The notes beneath the pieces were generated by a model. It searched no databases. It was not told the DNA's origin and saw nothing but the letters and a program-made list of their open reading frames with translations. Source: Candidatus Limnocylindria bacterium (GTDB lineage: Bacteria; Chloroflexota; Limnocylindria; Limnocylindrales; CSP1-4). Taken from it: a stretch of DNA of 64,000 nt. This document shows positions 47,815 through 57,389 of this stretch, piece by piece (position 1 is the first letter of the stretch; every line of letters starts with the position of its first letter). The translations under genes were made by a program, and so were the position numbers. The stretch spans positions 5,361 through 69,360 of the forward strand of contig JBGQBD010000001.1 in the NCBI GenBank assembly GCA_041494645.1, given 5' to 3'.

Positions 47815-49338
47815 CTAACTCCTGCAATTCGGGACCAGATCGCCCGGCTCGGTTGCGCCGACATCATGGTCGGGATTCCGAGCTACCGGAACGCGGCGAC
47901 CATCGGCCATGTCGTCCGCGCGGCACAGGCGGGCCTGGTCCAGTACTTCCCGGACCTGCGTCCGGTCCTGGTGAACGCCGATGCCGGTTCGCCGGACGGC
48001 ACGCAACGCGTGGTGGTCGAGACCGAGCCGCCCGGCTACGTCGAGCAGATCCTGCTCGTCCATCCCAGGAACCGCCTGGACCGAGTCAGCCTCACCTACC
48101 CCGAGGTCGACGGGATCGGGGGCAAGGGCGCGGCCCTGCGGACGCTCTTCGAGATGGCCGCCGCGCTGGAGGCAGAGGCTCTGGTCGTGGTCGACTCGGA
48201 CCTGCGGTCCATCGTCCCGGAGTGGATCGAGCTGCTGGCCGGCCCGATCCTGAAGGGCGGGTACGACTTCGTGGCCCCGCTCTACCTGCGCCACAAGTAC
48301 GACGGCACGATCACCAACACCGTCACCTACCCGGTGACGCGGGCGCTGTACGGGCATCGTATCCGGCAGCCGATCGGCGGGGACTTCGGCGTCAGCGGCG
48401 ACCTGATCCACTACTACCTGGAGCAGGAGAGCTGGACGCCCGACGTGTCGCGTTTCGGCATCGACATCTGGATGACGACGACCGCCCTGACCGGCGGCTT
48501 CGCCGTCTGCCAGACGCGCCTGGGTGCCAAGATCCACGACCCCAAGGACCCGGGCTCGGAACTGGGGCCGATGTTCCGCCAGGTCGTGGGGACGCTGCTG
48601 ACGATGGCCCGCGACAACGCGGACCGCTGGCTGGCCATCACCGGCAGCCACGACGTGCCCGCTTACGGCTTCGAGCGGTACGCCGAGCCGGCTCCGCTGG
48701 AGGTTGACACGCTGCGCCTGCTGAGCCAGTTCCACGCCGGCTCGCTCACCCTCGCCGAGACGTGGCAGCGGTTCCTGGCGCCGGACAACTGCCAGCACGT
48801 CCTCGCGCTCGCCGGGGAGGCCGGAACGCTGGCCGAGGCCGCGGCCCACCGGCTGGGGCTCGGCCGCGAGTCGGGCCGGGGCTCCGCCGGCGACCGGCTT
48901 CCGTCCACGGACGAGCTGTCCGATGCCGTGGCCGCGTTCCACTTCCCGGACGATCTCTGGGCCCGTGTCTTCTACGACCTGCTGGTCTCGGCGAGCTTCG
49001 GCGACGTGCCGGTGGAGCGGCTGGTGGCGGCGTTCGTGCCTATCCACTTCGGCCGGGTGGGGAGCCTCGTCGTCGAGAACCGGCGTCTATCCGACGAGCA
49101 GGCCGAGGAGCGCGTCGAGCGGCAGGCCCGCGAGTTCGAGCTGCTCAAGCCGTATCTCGTGGAGCAATGGCAGGCGGCTGCGGCCGGCGGAGACGGCGGG
49201 GCCGGCCGAGACGTCGAGATCGGCGGCGGCAAGCCCGGTGGCGGCGGCAAGACCGGCGGCGGCGGCAAGACCGGCGGCCGCGGCAAGACCGGCCGCGGCA
49301 AGACGGCCACCCCCGGGCCGGAGAACCCGGCGCCATGA
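47815..49338 (+). CDS. Glycosyltransferase-like protein (GT-A fold inferred) with C-terminal GGGKTG repeat tail; first gene of gpgS operon
   Basis: N-terminal IMVGIPSYRNAATIGHVV and VVDSDLRSI (DxD-like) suggest a nucleotide-sugar transferase. The C-terminus is GGGKPGGGGKTGGGGKTGGRGKTGRGKT. Its stop overlaps the start of USP-GpgS. Confidence 0.45.
   Translation, partial: LTPAIRDQIARLGCADIMVGIPSYRNAATIGHVVRAAQAGLVQYFPDLRPVLVNADAGSPDGTQRVVVETEPPGYVEQILLVHPRNRLDRVSLTYPEVDGIGGKGAALRTLFEMAAALEAEALVVVDSDLRSIVPEWIELLAGPILKGGYDFVAPLYLRHKYDGTITNTVTYPVTRALYGHRIRQPIGGDFGVSGDLIHYYLEQESWTPDVSRFGIDIWMTTTALTGGFAVCQTRLGAKIHDPKDPGSELGPMFRQVVGTLLTMARDNADRWLAITGSHDVPAYGFERYAEPAPLEVDTLRLLSQFHAGSLTLAETWQRFLAPDNCQHVLALAGEAGTLAEAAAHRLGLGRESGRGSAGDRLPSTDELSDAVAAFHFPDDLWARVFYDLLVSASFGDVPVERLVAAFVPIHFGRVGSLVVENRRLSDEQAEERVERQAREFELLKPYLVEQWQAAAAGGDGGAGRDVEIGGGKPGGGGKTGGGGKTGGRGKTGRGKTATPGPENPAP
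49209..49295. repeat. Tandem 18-nt repeat (ggcggcggcaagaccggc) x about 5 encoding Gly-Gly-Gly-Lys-Thr-Gly
   Basis: Direct repeats are visible in the sequence. Confidence 0.7.
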
Positions 49339-51287
49339 CCCGAACGCCACTCCCGTCCCGGATCCTGATTCCGGTCGCGAACCCCCTGACCGCCGAGGAG
49401 CTGGTCCGCATCGGCGCCTCGCTGATGGAGCCCCGAACCGGCAGCCTCACGGTCCTCGGCATAGTGGAGGTGCCGGAGGGAACGCCGCTCAGCGAGGGCG
49501 CCACGCGCGCTCGCCAGGCCCGCCGGCTGCTGCAACGAGTCCTCGACTGGGCCCCGGAGGGCGTCACGGTCCACCCCATCGTCCGTATCGGGCGCCGCGC
49601 GGCCGAGGGCGTGGTGGAGGCCGCGACCGAGCTGGACGCGGATCTGATCGTCTTCGGCTGGGGCGGCAAGCCGTCACCTCCCCGGCCGGGAGCCCAGGCC
49701 TCTGTCTTCTCGCCCACCATAGACGAGGTCGTGCGCGAGTCGCCCTGCGACATCGCCGTGGTCAAGCAGCGTGGCCCCGCCGAAATGAAACGCATCCTGG
49801 TGCCGATCCGCGGCGGCCCTCACGCCGTGCTGGCGTTGCGCTTCGCCGATGCCCTGGCCCATCGCAACGACGGCCACCTCGTGGCCCTGCACCTGGTGCC
49901 GCACGGAACCGCCGAGGGGATCCGAACGCAGTCGGAGCGCGCCCTGGCCCACTTCATCCGCCAGCACGCGGACGGCCAGGTGGAGCAGGCGGTTCGCGAG
50001 GCCTCGAACGTCCGCAACGCCATCCTGCGCGAAGCCGAGACCGCCGACGTGGTCATCATGGGGGCCTCGGCCGCGCCGGCGACGAGCCACGGTGAGACTT
50101 ACTTGTTCGGGGCCCTGCCTGAAGCGATCGCGACGCGATCCCGCAAGACGGTGATCGTCGTCAAGACGCGAGAGGCCATCGGCCAGGCCACGTTCGAGAA
50201 GCTCGAGCAGCGGGCCGAGACCCTGGCCGCGACCGACCGGGCGGCCCAAGAGGCTCGGTCTATCCCGCTCCGGGTGGAGCGCTGGTTCGGAGAATCTAAC
50301 TTCCACCACCGGGAGTTCGGGGACCTCGATCGGCTGGTCGGCCTCAAACAGAAGCAGGGGCTAACCGTCAGCCTCGTCCTGCCTGCGCTCAACGAAGAGG
50401 AGACGATCGGCCCGATCGTGGGCCGGGCCCGCCGCGAGTTGATGGAACGCCATCCGTTGATCGACGAGCTGCTCGTCATCGACTCCGACTCGTCCGATCG
50501 AACGCGCGAGGTGGCCGAGTCCGAGGGCGCCCGTGTCGTCATTCATCAGCAGGTCCTGACCCGTTACGGCAGCTTCCCAGGCAAGGGCGAGGCGCTCTGG
50601 AAGAGCCTGTTCGAGACCAGCGGCGACATCGTGGTCTGGGCCGACACGGACGTCCGCAACTGGCATCCGAGGATGGTGTACGGCACGGTCGGGCCGCTCA
50701 TCTCCGAGGAGCGGCTCCAGTACGTGAAGGGCTACTACCGGCGTCCGATCGTCGAGGACGGCGTGCTCAAGGAGGGCGGCGGCGGGCGGGTCACCGAGCT
50801 GGTAGCTCGCCCGCTCGTGAACCTCTTCTTCCCCGAGCTGTCCGGCCTGATCCAGCCGCTGGCGGGCGAGTACGCGGGCCGGCGAAGCCTGCTCGAAACG
50901 CTCCCCTTCTTCACCGGCTACGCGGTCGAGATCGGCCACATCATCGATATCGCCGAACGGTGCGGCCTGGAAGGGCTGGGCCAGGTCGATCTGGAGCGGC
51001 GGATTCATCGCAACCAGGAGCTGGAAGGGCTGTCCAAGATGAGCTTCGTGATCCTCCAGGCGGTCATGAAGCGGCTGGAGGAGCGGAGCAAGACCCGGCT
51101 CTTCGCCGATCTCGGTTCGACGATGAAGCTGCCGCGGTCCGGGCATGGGCACCTGAGCCTGGAGGTCATCGAGCTGGCGGACCACGAACGGCCGCCGATG
51201 ATCCGCATCCCCGAGTACCTGGAGAAGCGGCGCCAGGAGGGAGCCGCGGCAGGGGCCGAAGCGAGCCAGCCCGTGGGATCGCGATGA
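49335..51287 (+). CDS. gpgS: Tandem universal-stress-protein (UspA) domains fused to glucosyl-3-phosphoglycerate synthase (GT81)
   Basis: The C-terminal half has LVLPALNEEETIGPIV, DSDSSD (DxD) and the retaining GT81 core typical of GpgS. The N-terminal about 300 aa are two USP-like alpha/beta domains (ILIPVANP...; ILVPIRGGPH...). Confidence 0.75.
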   Translation: MTRTPLPSRILIPVANPLTAEELVRIGASLMEPRTGSLTVLGIVEVPEGTPLSEGATRARQARRLLQRVLDWAPEGVTVHPIVRIGRRAAEGVVEAATELDADLIVFGWGGKPSPPRPGAQASVFSPTIDEVVRESPCDIAVVKQRGPAEMKRILVPIRGGPHAVLALRFADALAHRNDGHLVALHLVPHGTAEGIRTQSERALAHFIRQHADGQVEQAVREASNVRNAILREAETADVVIMGASAAPATSHGETYLFGALPEAIATRSRKTVIVVKTREAIGQATFEKLEQRAETLAATDRAAQEARSIPLRVERWFGESNFHHREFGDLDRLVGLKQKQGLTVSLVLPALNEEETIGPIVGRARRELMERHPLIDELLVIDSDSSDRTREVAESEGARVVIHQQVLTRYGSFPGKGEALWKSLFETSGDIVVWADTDVRNWHPRMVYGTVGPLISEERLQYVKGYYRRPIVEDGVLKEGGGGRVTELVARPLVNLFFPELSGLIQPLAGEYAGRRSLLETLPFFTGYAVEIGHIIDIAERCGLEGLGQVDLERRIHRNQELEGLSKMSFVILQAVMKRLEERSKTRLFADLGSTMKLPRSGHGHLSLEVIELADHERPPMIRIPEYLEKRRQEGAAAGAEASQPVGSR

Positions 51288-52522
51288 ACGGCCGCGGCGA
51301 ACGCCTGCGCGTCCTGCTGGCGCCGGATTCGTTCAAGGGCTCGCTTTCCTCAGTGGAGGTGGCGAGGGCGCTGGCGGAAGGCTGGGCGCGAGGCCGTCCG
51401 CAGGACGATCTCATCCTGGCGCCGCTGGCGGACGGCGGCGAGGGGCTGCTCGCGGCGATGGCGGAGGCCGGCGGATGGGAGTGGCAGGAGTGCCCCGCCC
51501 ACGACCCGCTGGGCCGGCCTCTGACGGCCCGATGGCTGCTGTCCGGGGACGGTAGCCGGGCCGCGGTGGAGCTGGCCGAGGCGTCCGGCCTGTCCCGCCT
51601 TCCCGAGGGAGAGCCACGCGCGCCTCTCGCGGCCACGACCGATGGGACGGGCGAGATCTTGCAGGCCGTCCTCGACGCGGGAGTCCGCCACGTGGTCATA
51701 GGCGTGGGCGGCAGCGCCACCACGGACGGGGGCGCGGGCCTGCTCCGCGCCCTGGGGGTCTGGTATCGGGGCTCCGGCGAGCAGCTTCCCGGACCGATTC
51801 CGGGCCTGGCGACGGTGGACCTCGCGGCGCTGGACCCGCGTCTGAGCGAGCTAGAGCTGCGCGTCGCCTGCGACGTGACCAACCCGCTGCTCGGCGAGCA
51901 GGGCGCCGCCGCCGTCTACGGCCAGCAGAAAGGCGCCTGGCCGGAGGACCAGGAGAAGCTCGAAGCCTGGCTGACCCACTACGCCGACCTGCTCGAGGGG
52001 GCCTCCGGAACGCGGGCTCGTAACACGCCGGGCGCGGGGGCGGCCGGCGGCACGAGCTTCGGCCTGTTGTGCCTGGCACCCCGCATGCGTTCGTTCGAGC
52101 TGGTCCCGGGAATCGAAGTGGTCATGCAGGAGACCGGCTTCGACCAGCGGCTGGTAGGGGCCGATCTGGTGGTGACCGGCGAGGGCCAGATCGACACTCA
52201 GACCGCGTTCGGCAAGACGGCCTTGGGAGTCGCCCGCCGGGCGGCGGCGGCGGGCGTCCCGTGCCTGGCCATCGGCGGCGCGGTCACGCCGGAGGGGACG
52301 GCTGCCCTGGCTGCCGCCCGGGCTCTGGCGGTGCCGGTGCTGGACGGGCCGATGACGCTCGAAGAGGCCATGGGCAACGCGGCGTCGCTCGTCACCGCCG
52401 CCGGCGAGCGGCTTGCCCGGGTCATCGAGTTGGGCACGCTGGTAGGCAAGCGGCGGGCGGCGCGAGCCGACGCCACAACCGACGCCACGGCCGACGCCAC
52501 GGCCGGGGAGCCGGCCGCGTGA
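51284..52522 (+). CDS. Glycerate kinase (GlxK/GarK family)
   Basis: LLAPDSFKGSLSSVEVA, IGVGGSATTDGGAGLL and VTGEGQIDTQTAFGK are present. Its ATG overlaps the gpgS stop. Confidence 0.8.
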   Translation: MNGRGERLRVLLAPDSFKGSLSSVEVARALAEGWARGRPQDDLILAPLADGGEGLLAAMAEAGGWEWQECPAHDPLGRPLTARWLLSGDGSRAAVELAEASGLSRLPEGEPRAPLAATTDGTGEILQAVLDAGVRHVVIGVGGSATTDGGAGLLRALGVWYRGSGEQLPGPIPGLATVDLAALDPRLSELELRVACDVTNPLLGEQGAAAVYGQQKGAWPEDQEKLEAWLTHYADLLEGASGTRARNTPGAGAAGGTSFGLLCLAPRMRSFELVPGIEVVMQETGFDQRLVGADLVVTGEGQIDTQTAFGKTALGVARRAAAAGVPCLAIGGAVTPEGTAALAAARALAVPVLDGPMTLEEAMGNAASLVTAAGERLARVIELGTLVGKRRAARADATTDATADATAGEPAA

Positions 52523-53415
52523 CGCCAGCCGGCAGGCCGAGCGCCGGGGCGGCCGCGCTCGCCAGGTCGTCGCGGCGGGCCTCGAAGCCAGCCGCGAAGA
52601 CTCGTCGCCCGAAGAAGCGCTCGCCCGAGCAGGTCGCCCGCGCCTGGGCCGCCCGACTCTCGGCCGGGCGCCCGGGGCTGATCGCGTTCGTCCTGGACCG
52701 CCTCGCCGAGGCGAACGGCCGGCCGGTGTGGCAACGCCGCCTCGATCCCACGAGCGAGCTGGTCCTCACGATCCTCTCGCAGAACAGTGCCGACACCAAC
52801 GCCGAGGCGGCCTTCGCCGCTCTCCGGGCCGCCTACCCGTCCGCGCCCGCGCCGGCCGGCGGGCCCTCCGAACCGCGCCCGTTCGCCGGCTGGGGCGGCC
52901 GCGGCCTGCCGGACCTGCCGCCGCCGGACTGGTCGGCCGTGGACGCGGCGCCGCTCGCCGAGCTGACCGACGTGATCCGACCCGGCGGGCTGGCCCCGCA
53001 GAAGGCGCCCCGCATCCAGGCCGCGCTGCGAGCGCTCCTCGCCAACGGTGGCAGCTACTCCCTGGAGTTCCTGGCCGCGAGACCACCCCTGGAGGCGCGA
53101 GACTGGCTCGCCGCGATCCCCGGCATCGGCAAGAAGACGGCGTCGGTGGTGCTGCTGTTCAGCTTCGGCCTGCCGCTGATGCCGGTGGACCGCCACGTCC
53201 ATCGGGTCAGCCAGCGCATCGGCCTGATCCCCGGCAAGGCCGACGCAGACGCGGCCCACGACTACTACCTGGCCATGCTGGCGCCCGAGCAGATGTACGA
53301 GACGCACGTCTCGTTGATCACCCATGGCCGCCGGACGTGCCACGCGCAGCGTCCCGATTGCGAGCACTGCCCGCTGGCGCCGCGGTGCCGCTATTTCCTG
53401 CCCAGGGCGGAGTAG
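52519..53415 (+). CDS. nth: Endonuclease III (HhH-GPD DNA glycosylase/AP lyase with [4Fe-4S] cluster)
   Basis: Has the HhH motif LAAIPGIGKKTASVVL, the catalytic Asp region PVDRHVHRV, and the C-terminal cluster CHAQRPDCEHCPLAPRC. The GTG start overlaps the glycerate kinase stop. Confidence 0.8.
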   Translation: MTPAGRPSAGAAALARSSRRASKPAAKTRRPKKRSPEQVARAWAARLSAGRPGLIAFVLDRLAEANGRPVWQRRLDPTSELVLTILSQNSADTNAEAAFAALRAAYPSAPAPAGGPSEPRPFAGWGGRGLPDLPPPDWSAVDAAPLAELTDVIRPGGLAPQKAPRIQAALRALLANGGSYSLEFLAARPPLEARDWLAAIPGIGKKTASVVLLFSFGLPLMPVDRHVHRVSQRIGLIPGKADADAAHDYYLAMLAPEQMYETHVSLITHGRRTCHAQRPDCEHCPLAPRCRYFLPRAE

Positions 53416-53679
53416 CGGACGATCGCCGCCGCTGTCCTCCGGCGAGCCGCGCGGGTCGCGTGCGAACCGAGCTGGCCGCCGGCCTGGCGGATCCGGCAGA
53501 CTGAGGGTAGCCAGAAGTCATTGCCGAGCAGGACCATCGCCTAAGGTGATGTAATTCCCCTTTCAAGGTCCTGCGAATAGCCTCCACTTCCTGGATAGCG
53601 GGTTTTCCGCACGCTGGTAGCAGTGATGCCGCCGGTCGTGCGCAACCCGGTCGGGCGTAGTGGGAAGTGAGACGCAGCA

Positions 53680-54879
53680 GTGATGCATCAGTCTGAGGTC
53701 GGTCGCCCGAGTCGCCATGCTGCCCGCGATGGAGTCGGCGCCCGCGGCGCTGCCGATTCGCGGCCGAGGCCCAGACCTCGGCATCTGCCCCGCGTCGTCG
53801 GCTGGCTGTTGCGGCCTCGTTCACCAGGCCAGGCGCTCGTGGAGTTCGTCATCATCTTGCCCGTCCTCCTGCTCCTCCTGCTCATCGCCATCGACTTCGG
53901 ACGGGTCTTCGCCACCTACGTCGATGTCAACAACGCCGCCCGCGAAGCCGCCGCGTATGCAGCCTTCAATCCCACGGACGGGAGCGGCATTACGGCGTAC
54001 GCAACCCATGAGAAGAACGTCCAGGGACAGGGCGGCGAGGGGACGTTGTCCGTGAGCACCGCATGCCACAACCCTAGTGGCAGTGTCCTTGACTGCGCCG
54101 CCACTCCAGGGGGCGCCGGCACCGGGAACACCATCACCGTCACGGCGAGCGAACGATTCACCTTCCTCACGCCCTTCATCGGCAATCTCTTCGGCGGGGG
54201 TATCGACCTCCAGTCCTCGTCCACCGCCGCCGTCCTCGTGCTCGCCTCCAGCGGCGGCGACACTTGGAACTGCGGGACCCCCCCAGTTCCGGCGTTCACC
54301 GTCACTGCGGCCGGTCTGACCGTGACGCTCGACGCCGCGACTTCCAACCCGCATACCGGCCTGTGCGGTATCTCCGGCTACAACTGGGACATGGGCGACC
54401 TCCCCAACCCGTATTGGCCCGCCGAAGGAATGTACGCAACCTACACGTATGCCTCCGCCGGCACGTATACGATCACGCTGACGGCCACGAACCTCGCCGG
54501 ATACGCCACAACGACCCAGACCGTCACGGTCGACACGGCGACGCCAGGGCCGACGGCCAGCCCGACTCCCAATCCAACTGCCCCGCCCGCCCCAACGATC
54601 CCGCCCCCGCAGTGCAACACCGCGCCCTCGTTCACCTACAAGTTCACGGGCAACGGGAACGGGTCCAGGCAGCACGAGATGCAGTTCTACGGGTCGTATA
54701 CGGGCCAGCCCGCGCCCGCAACGTGGCACTGGGCCTTCGGTGACGGCCACACGGACCAGGGCCCGCTGTTGTCCACGGTGACCCGGCCCTACACGAACGC
54801 TGGAACGTTCACAGTGACGCTCACGGTAACGAACGGGTCGTGCTCCAAGTCCACGAGCCAACAGGTGAGCGTGCCATGA
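53680..54879 (+). CDS. TadE-like pseudopilin with two C-terminal PKD domains
   Basis: Has a TadE N-terminal motif RSPGQALVEFVIILPVLLLLL and two PKD-like repeats (YNWDMGD...YTYASAGTYTITLTATN; WHWAFGDGHT...YTNAGTFTVTLTVTNG). The real start is probably internal, near GTG about 53800. Confidence 0.6.
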   Translation: MMHQSEVGRPSRHAARDGVGARGAADSRPRPRPRHLPRVVGWLLRPRSPGQALVEFVIILPVLLLLLLIAIDFGRVFATYVDVNNAAREAAAYAAFNPTDGSGITAYATHEKNVQGQGGEGTLSVSTACHNPSGSVLDCAATPGGAGTGNTITVTASERFTFLTPFIGNLFGGGIDLQSSSTAAVLVLASSGGDTWNCGTPPVPAFTVTAAGLTVTLDAATSNPHTGLCGISGYNWDMGDLPNPYWPAEGMYATYTYASAGTYTITLTATNLAGYATTTQTVTVDTATPGPTASPTPNPTAPPAPTIPPPQCNTAPSFTYKFTGNGNGSRQHEMQFYGSYTGQPAPATWHWAFGDGHTDQGPLLSTVTRPYTNAGTFTVTLTVTNGSCSKSTSQQVSVP

Positions 54880-55409
54880 GATCGACCCGCATTCCTGCCG
54901 GTGGGCTCGACCCCCACGCCCGGCGTCGCGGGCAGGGCCTCGTCGAGTTCGCCCTCGTGCTGCCGGTGTTCTTCCTCGTGTTCTTCGGGCTGTTCGATGG
55001 CGGCCGCGCCGTCTACATGAACAGCGTCGTCTCGCAGGCCGCCCGTGAGGGCGCCCGGGTCGCCTCCGTCGAAGCGCCCTGGATCGGCTCGACCGACCCG
55101 ACGTGCGGCACCTTGGGCGGCCCGGTCTGTCCCGCATCCATCGCGGCTCTCAAGGCGGACGTCGTCGCCGCGGCGAACCGGATGGTGGCCCCGTTCGGGA
55201 GCATCCCGAGCGGTCAAGTCTATCTGAGCTGTGACACGCCCGGCAACGCACCCACAGGAAACTGGACGAGCAGCGACTGCACGAGCAAGAAGACCGGCAA
55301 CATCGTGTCGGTGCGGGTGGTGCTCACCTTCACCGCGGTCACGCCGGTCATCGCCCAGATCATTCCGCCGCTGTCGCTGGCCGGCGCCGCCACCATGACG
55401 ATCAACTAG
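54876..55409 (+). CDS. TadE-family pilus assembly protein/pseudopilin
   Basis: Has RGQGLVEFALVLPVFFLVFFGLFD N-terminal TadE motif. Its ATG overlaps the upstream stop. Confidence 0.65.
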   Translation: MRSTRIPAGGLDPHARRRGQGLVEFALVLPVFFLVFFGLFDGGRAVYMNSVVSQAAREGARVASVEAPWIGSTDPTCGTLGGPVCPASIAALKADVVAAANRMVAPFGSIPSGQVYLSCDTPGNAPTGNWTSSDCTSKKTGNIVSVRVVLTFTAVTPVIAQIIPPLSLAGAATMTIN

Positions 55410-55419
55410 GAGATTCACC

Positions 55420-56475
55420 ATGTTCCGGATGTCCCGCCCAGCGCGCCGATCTCATGGCTCTCGCGGCCAGATCCTCGTCCTGTTCGTATTGTCGCTCGTT
55501 TCAATGGTGCTGATGGTCGGCGTGGTCATCGATGGCGGGTACGGTCTCGCGCAGCGGCGCGCGGCCCAGAACGCCTCCGATTTCGCCGCCCTCAGCGGAG
55601 CCCGGGTCGTGGCCGAGTGGATCGCGGGCAATACGGTGGATGGAAGGGACGCCAACGTGCGGGCGGCGATCTCGGCGTCGATCCACGCCAACGGCGGCGC
55701 CCCCCTCAACTTCGGCTCCCCCAGTGGACCTCAGTACGTGGGCTCAACCGGAAACGCCACCGGCTGGGTAGGCTCGGGAGTCATTCCCGCGGGAACGGTC
55801 GGCGTCAGGTTGAACACGGAACGGACATGGAGGCCGTTCTTCCTGAGCATCGCGGGCATCAACTCGTGGTCCGCAAGCGCGACGGCAACGGCCAGGGGAG
55901 GCTACGCCTCAGGCCCCCCATCGGGCGGCGTGTTCCCGGCCGGCATCGCCGAAAACTTCTTCGTCGGGCGATCGACGTGCTCGGGCCCGGTAAGCTCCAA
56001 TCCGTCCAGTCCGTGCTACGTGCAGCATCTGACGCCGGGGGTCCTCAACGTGCCGGGCGGGTTCGGCTGGCTCAAGTTCGGCTGCCCCGGCTACGGCCTG
56101 GGGCAGAACAGCAACGGCTGTGGGAACGACAAGCCGTTCCTCCAGAGCGAGATCGAAGGCAACAGCTACGGGTGCTGCACGCAGGTCAACCTGCCCGGGA
56201 GCGCGGACAAGATCGGCAGCTTCCCCGGCAACAAGGCCAGCGCCGACTGCTCGTCCGTCTACGGTAAGCTCGTGTCGATCGCCGTCTGGGATTATGCCGA
56301 CGGCACCGGCCAGAACGCCTTCTACCACATCATCGGATTCACGGGCTTCGAGGTCACCGGCTGCCCCGGCGCAAAGAACCTCGACGGCGTCTGGAGACAG
56401 CCAATGACCCTGGGCCCCACGACGACCACTCCGGGCTTCGCCGGTGAAGGGCTCGCCGTGGAGCTGGTCCACTGA
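55420..56475 (+). CDS. TadG-like (Tad N-terminal domain) pilus-associated protein
   Basis: N-terminal GSRGQILVLFVLSLVSMVLMVGVVIDGG..AQRRAAQNASDFAAL matches the putative Tad-like Flp pilus-assembly N-terminal domain. It has a Cys-rich extracellular region. Confidence 0.55.
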   Translation: MFRMSRPARRSHGSRGQILVLFVLSLVSMVLMVGVVIDGGYGLAQRRAAQNASDFAALSGARVVAEWIAGNTVDGRDANVRAAISASIHANGGAPLNFGSPSGPQYVGSTGNATGWVGSGVIPAGTVGVRLNTERTWRPFFLSIAGINSWSASATATARGGYASGPPSGGVFPAGIAENFFVGRSTCSGPVSSNPSSPCYVQHLTPGVLNVPGGFGWLKFGCPGYGLGQNSNGCGNDKPFLQSEIEGNSYGCCTQVNLPGSADKIGSFPGNKASADCSSVYGKLVSIAVWDYADGTGQNAFYHIIGFTGFEVTGCPGAKNLDGVWRQPMTLGPTTTTPGFAGEGLAVELVH

Positions 56476-56496
56476 CACTGGCCGCTGATCGCTGAT

Positions 56497-56534
56497 CGAA
56501 GGCGGACCGGGTCGGGCACCGCGCCCCGCCGGTC
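56497..56534. terminator. Terminator-like hairpin after tad genes
   Basis: ggcggaccgg...ccggtccgcc is a perfect 10-bp inverted repeat. Confidence 0.35.
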
Positions 56535-56681
56535 CGCCGCTCGATTCCGCTCCGAGGGCGCAGGGACGCCCGGCCGACGCCCACACTCGCCGCTGGCCGC
56601 ACCAGGTCGCGCCGCTGCGCCTCCGCCTATACTCGGGACGCCCACGCGTCACCACGCGATCTGGGGAGACGGAAAGCGCGA

Positions 56682-57389
56682 ATGCTCGAGCCTCGGCCGC
56701 GGCGAATCCTGCTCGTCGACGACGACCCCAACCTGCTCGTCGTCCTGGCCGAGCAGCTCCGCGACGACGGGTTCGAGGTGGCGACGGCTCGCGACGGCCG
56801 GGAGGCGTTGCGCCGGCTGGAGGCCGGCTGGCCGGACCTGATCCTGCTGGACCTGATGATGCCGCGCCTCGATGGCCTGGCCCTGGCTCGCGAGATCAAG
56901 GCCGCGGCGGATCTGCCGATCATCGTCCTCTCGGCAATAGACACCGCCGACAGCAAGGCCCACCTGCTCGACGAGGTCGCCGAGGACTACGTCGCCAAGC
57001 CCTACCACTACCCGGAACTGCGCGCCCGGATCCAGCGCGTCCTGCGCCGGCTGGGCGACCGGATCCCGCGCCAGTCGCTGGTCCTGGGGCCCGACCTCAC
57101 GTTCGACCTCCACCGCCGCGCCGCTGCCGTCGGGGGGGCCGAGGTTCGGCTGACGCCGACGGAGACCAGGCTCCTGCACGCCCTGGCCGCGAACCTGGGC
57201 GAGGTCGTCCCGACCGAGACGCTGCTCGCCCGCGGCTGGGCGGACACTGAGGAGGCCGACGCTTCCTACGTCTGGGTCTCGATGCGCCGGCTTCGCCAGA
57301 AGATCGAGCCGGATCCGGATCGACCGGTCCATCTGCTGACCGTCCGCGGCATCGGCTACCGCCTGGTGGCGGCCCATGACAACGCCTGA
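56682..57389 (+). CDS. OmpR-family response regulator
   Basis: Receiver plus winged-helix domains. It is a paralog of the 42868 regulator (about 60% identical by eye) and is coupled to the downstream kinase. Confidence 0.85.
   Translation: MLEPRPRRILLVDDDPNLLVVLAEQLRDDGFEVATARDGREALRRLEAGWPDLILLDLMMPRLDGLALAREIKAAADLPIIVLSAIDTADSKAHLLDEVAEDYVAKPYHYPELRARIQRVLRRLGDRIPRQSLVLGPDLTFDLHRRAAAVGGAEVRLTPTETRLLHALAANLGEVVPTETLLARGWADTEEADASYVWVSMRRLRQKIEPDPDRPVHLLTVRGIGYRLVAAHDNA

Noticed and set aside
47815-49047. 410-aa minus-strand ORF opposite the GT-like gene
   Set aside because: The plus-strand product has a coherent fold signature and operon coupling, while the minus product is Arg/Gly/Asp-rich.
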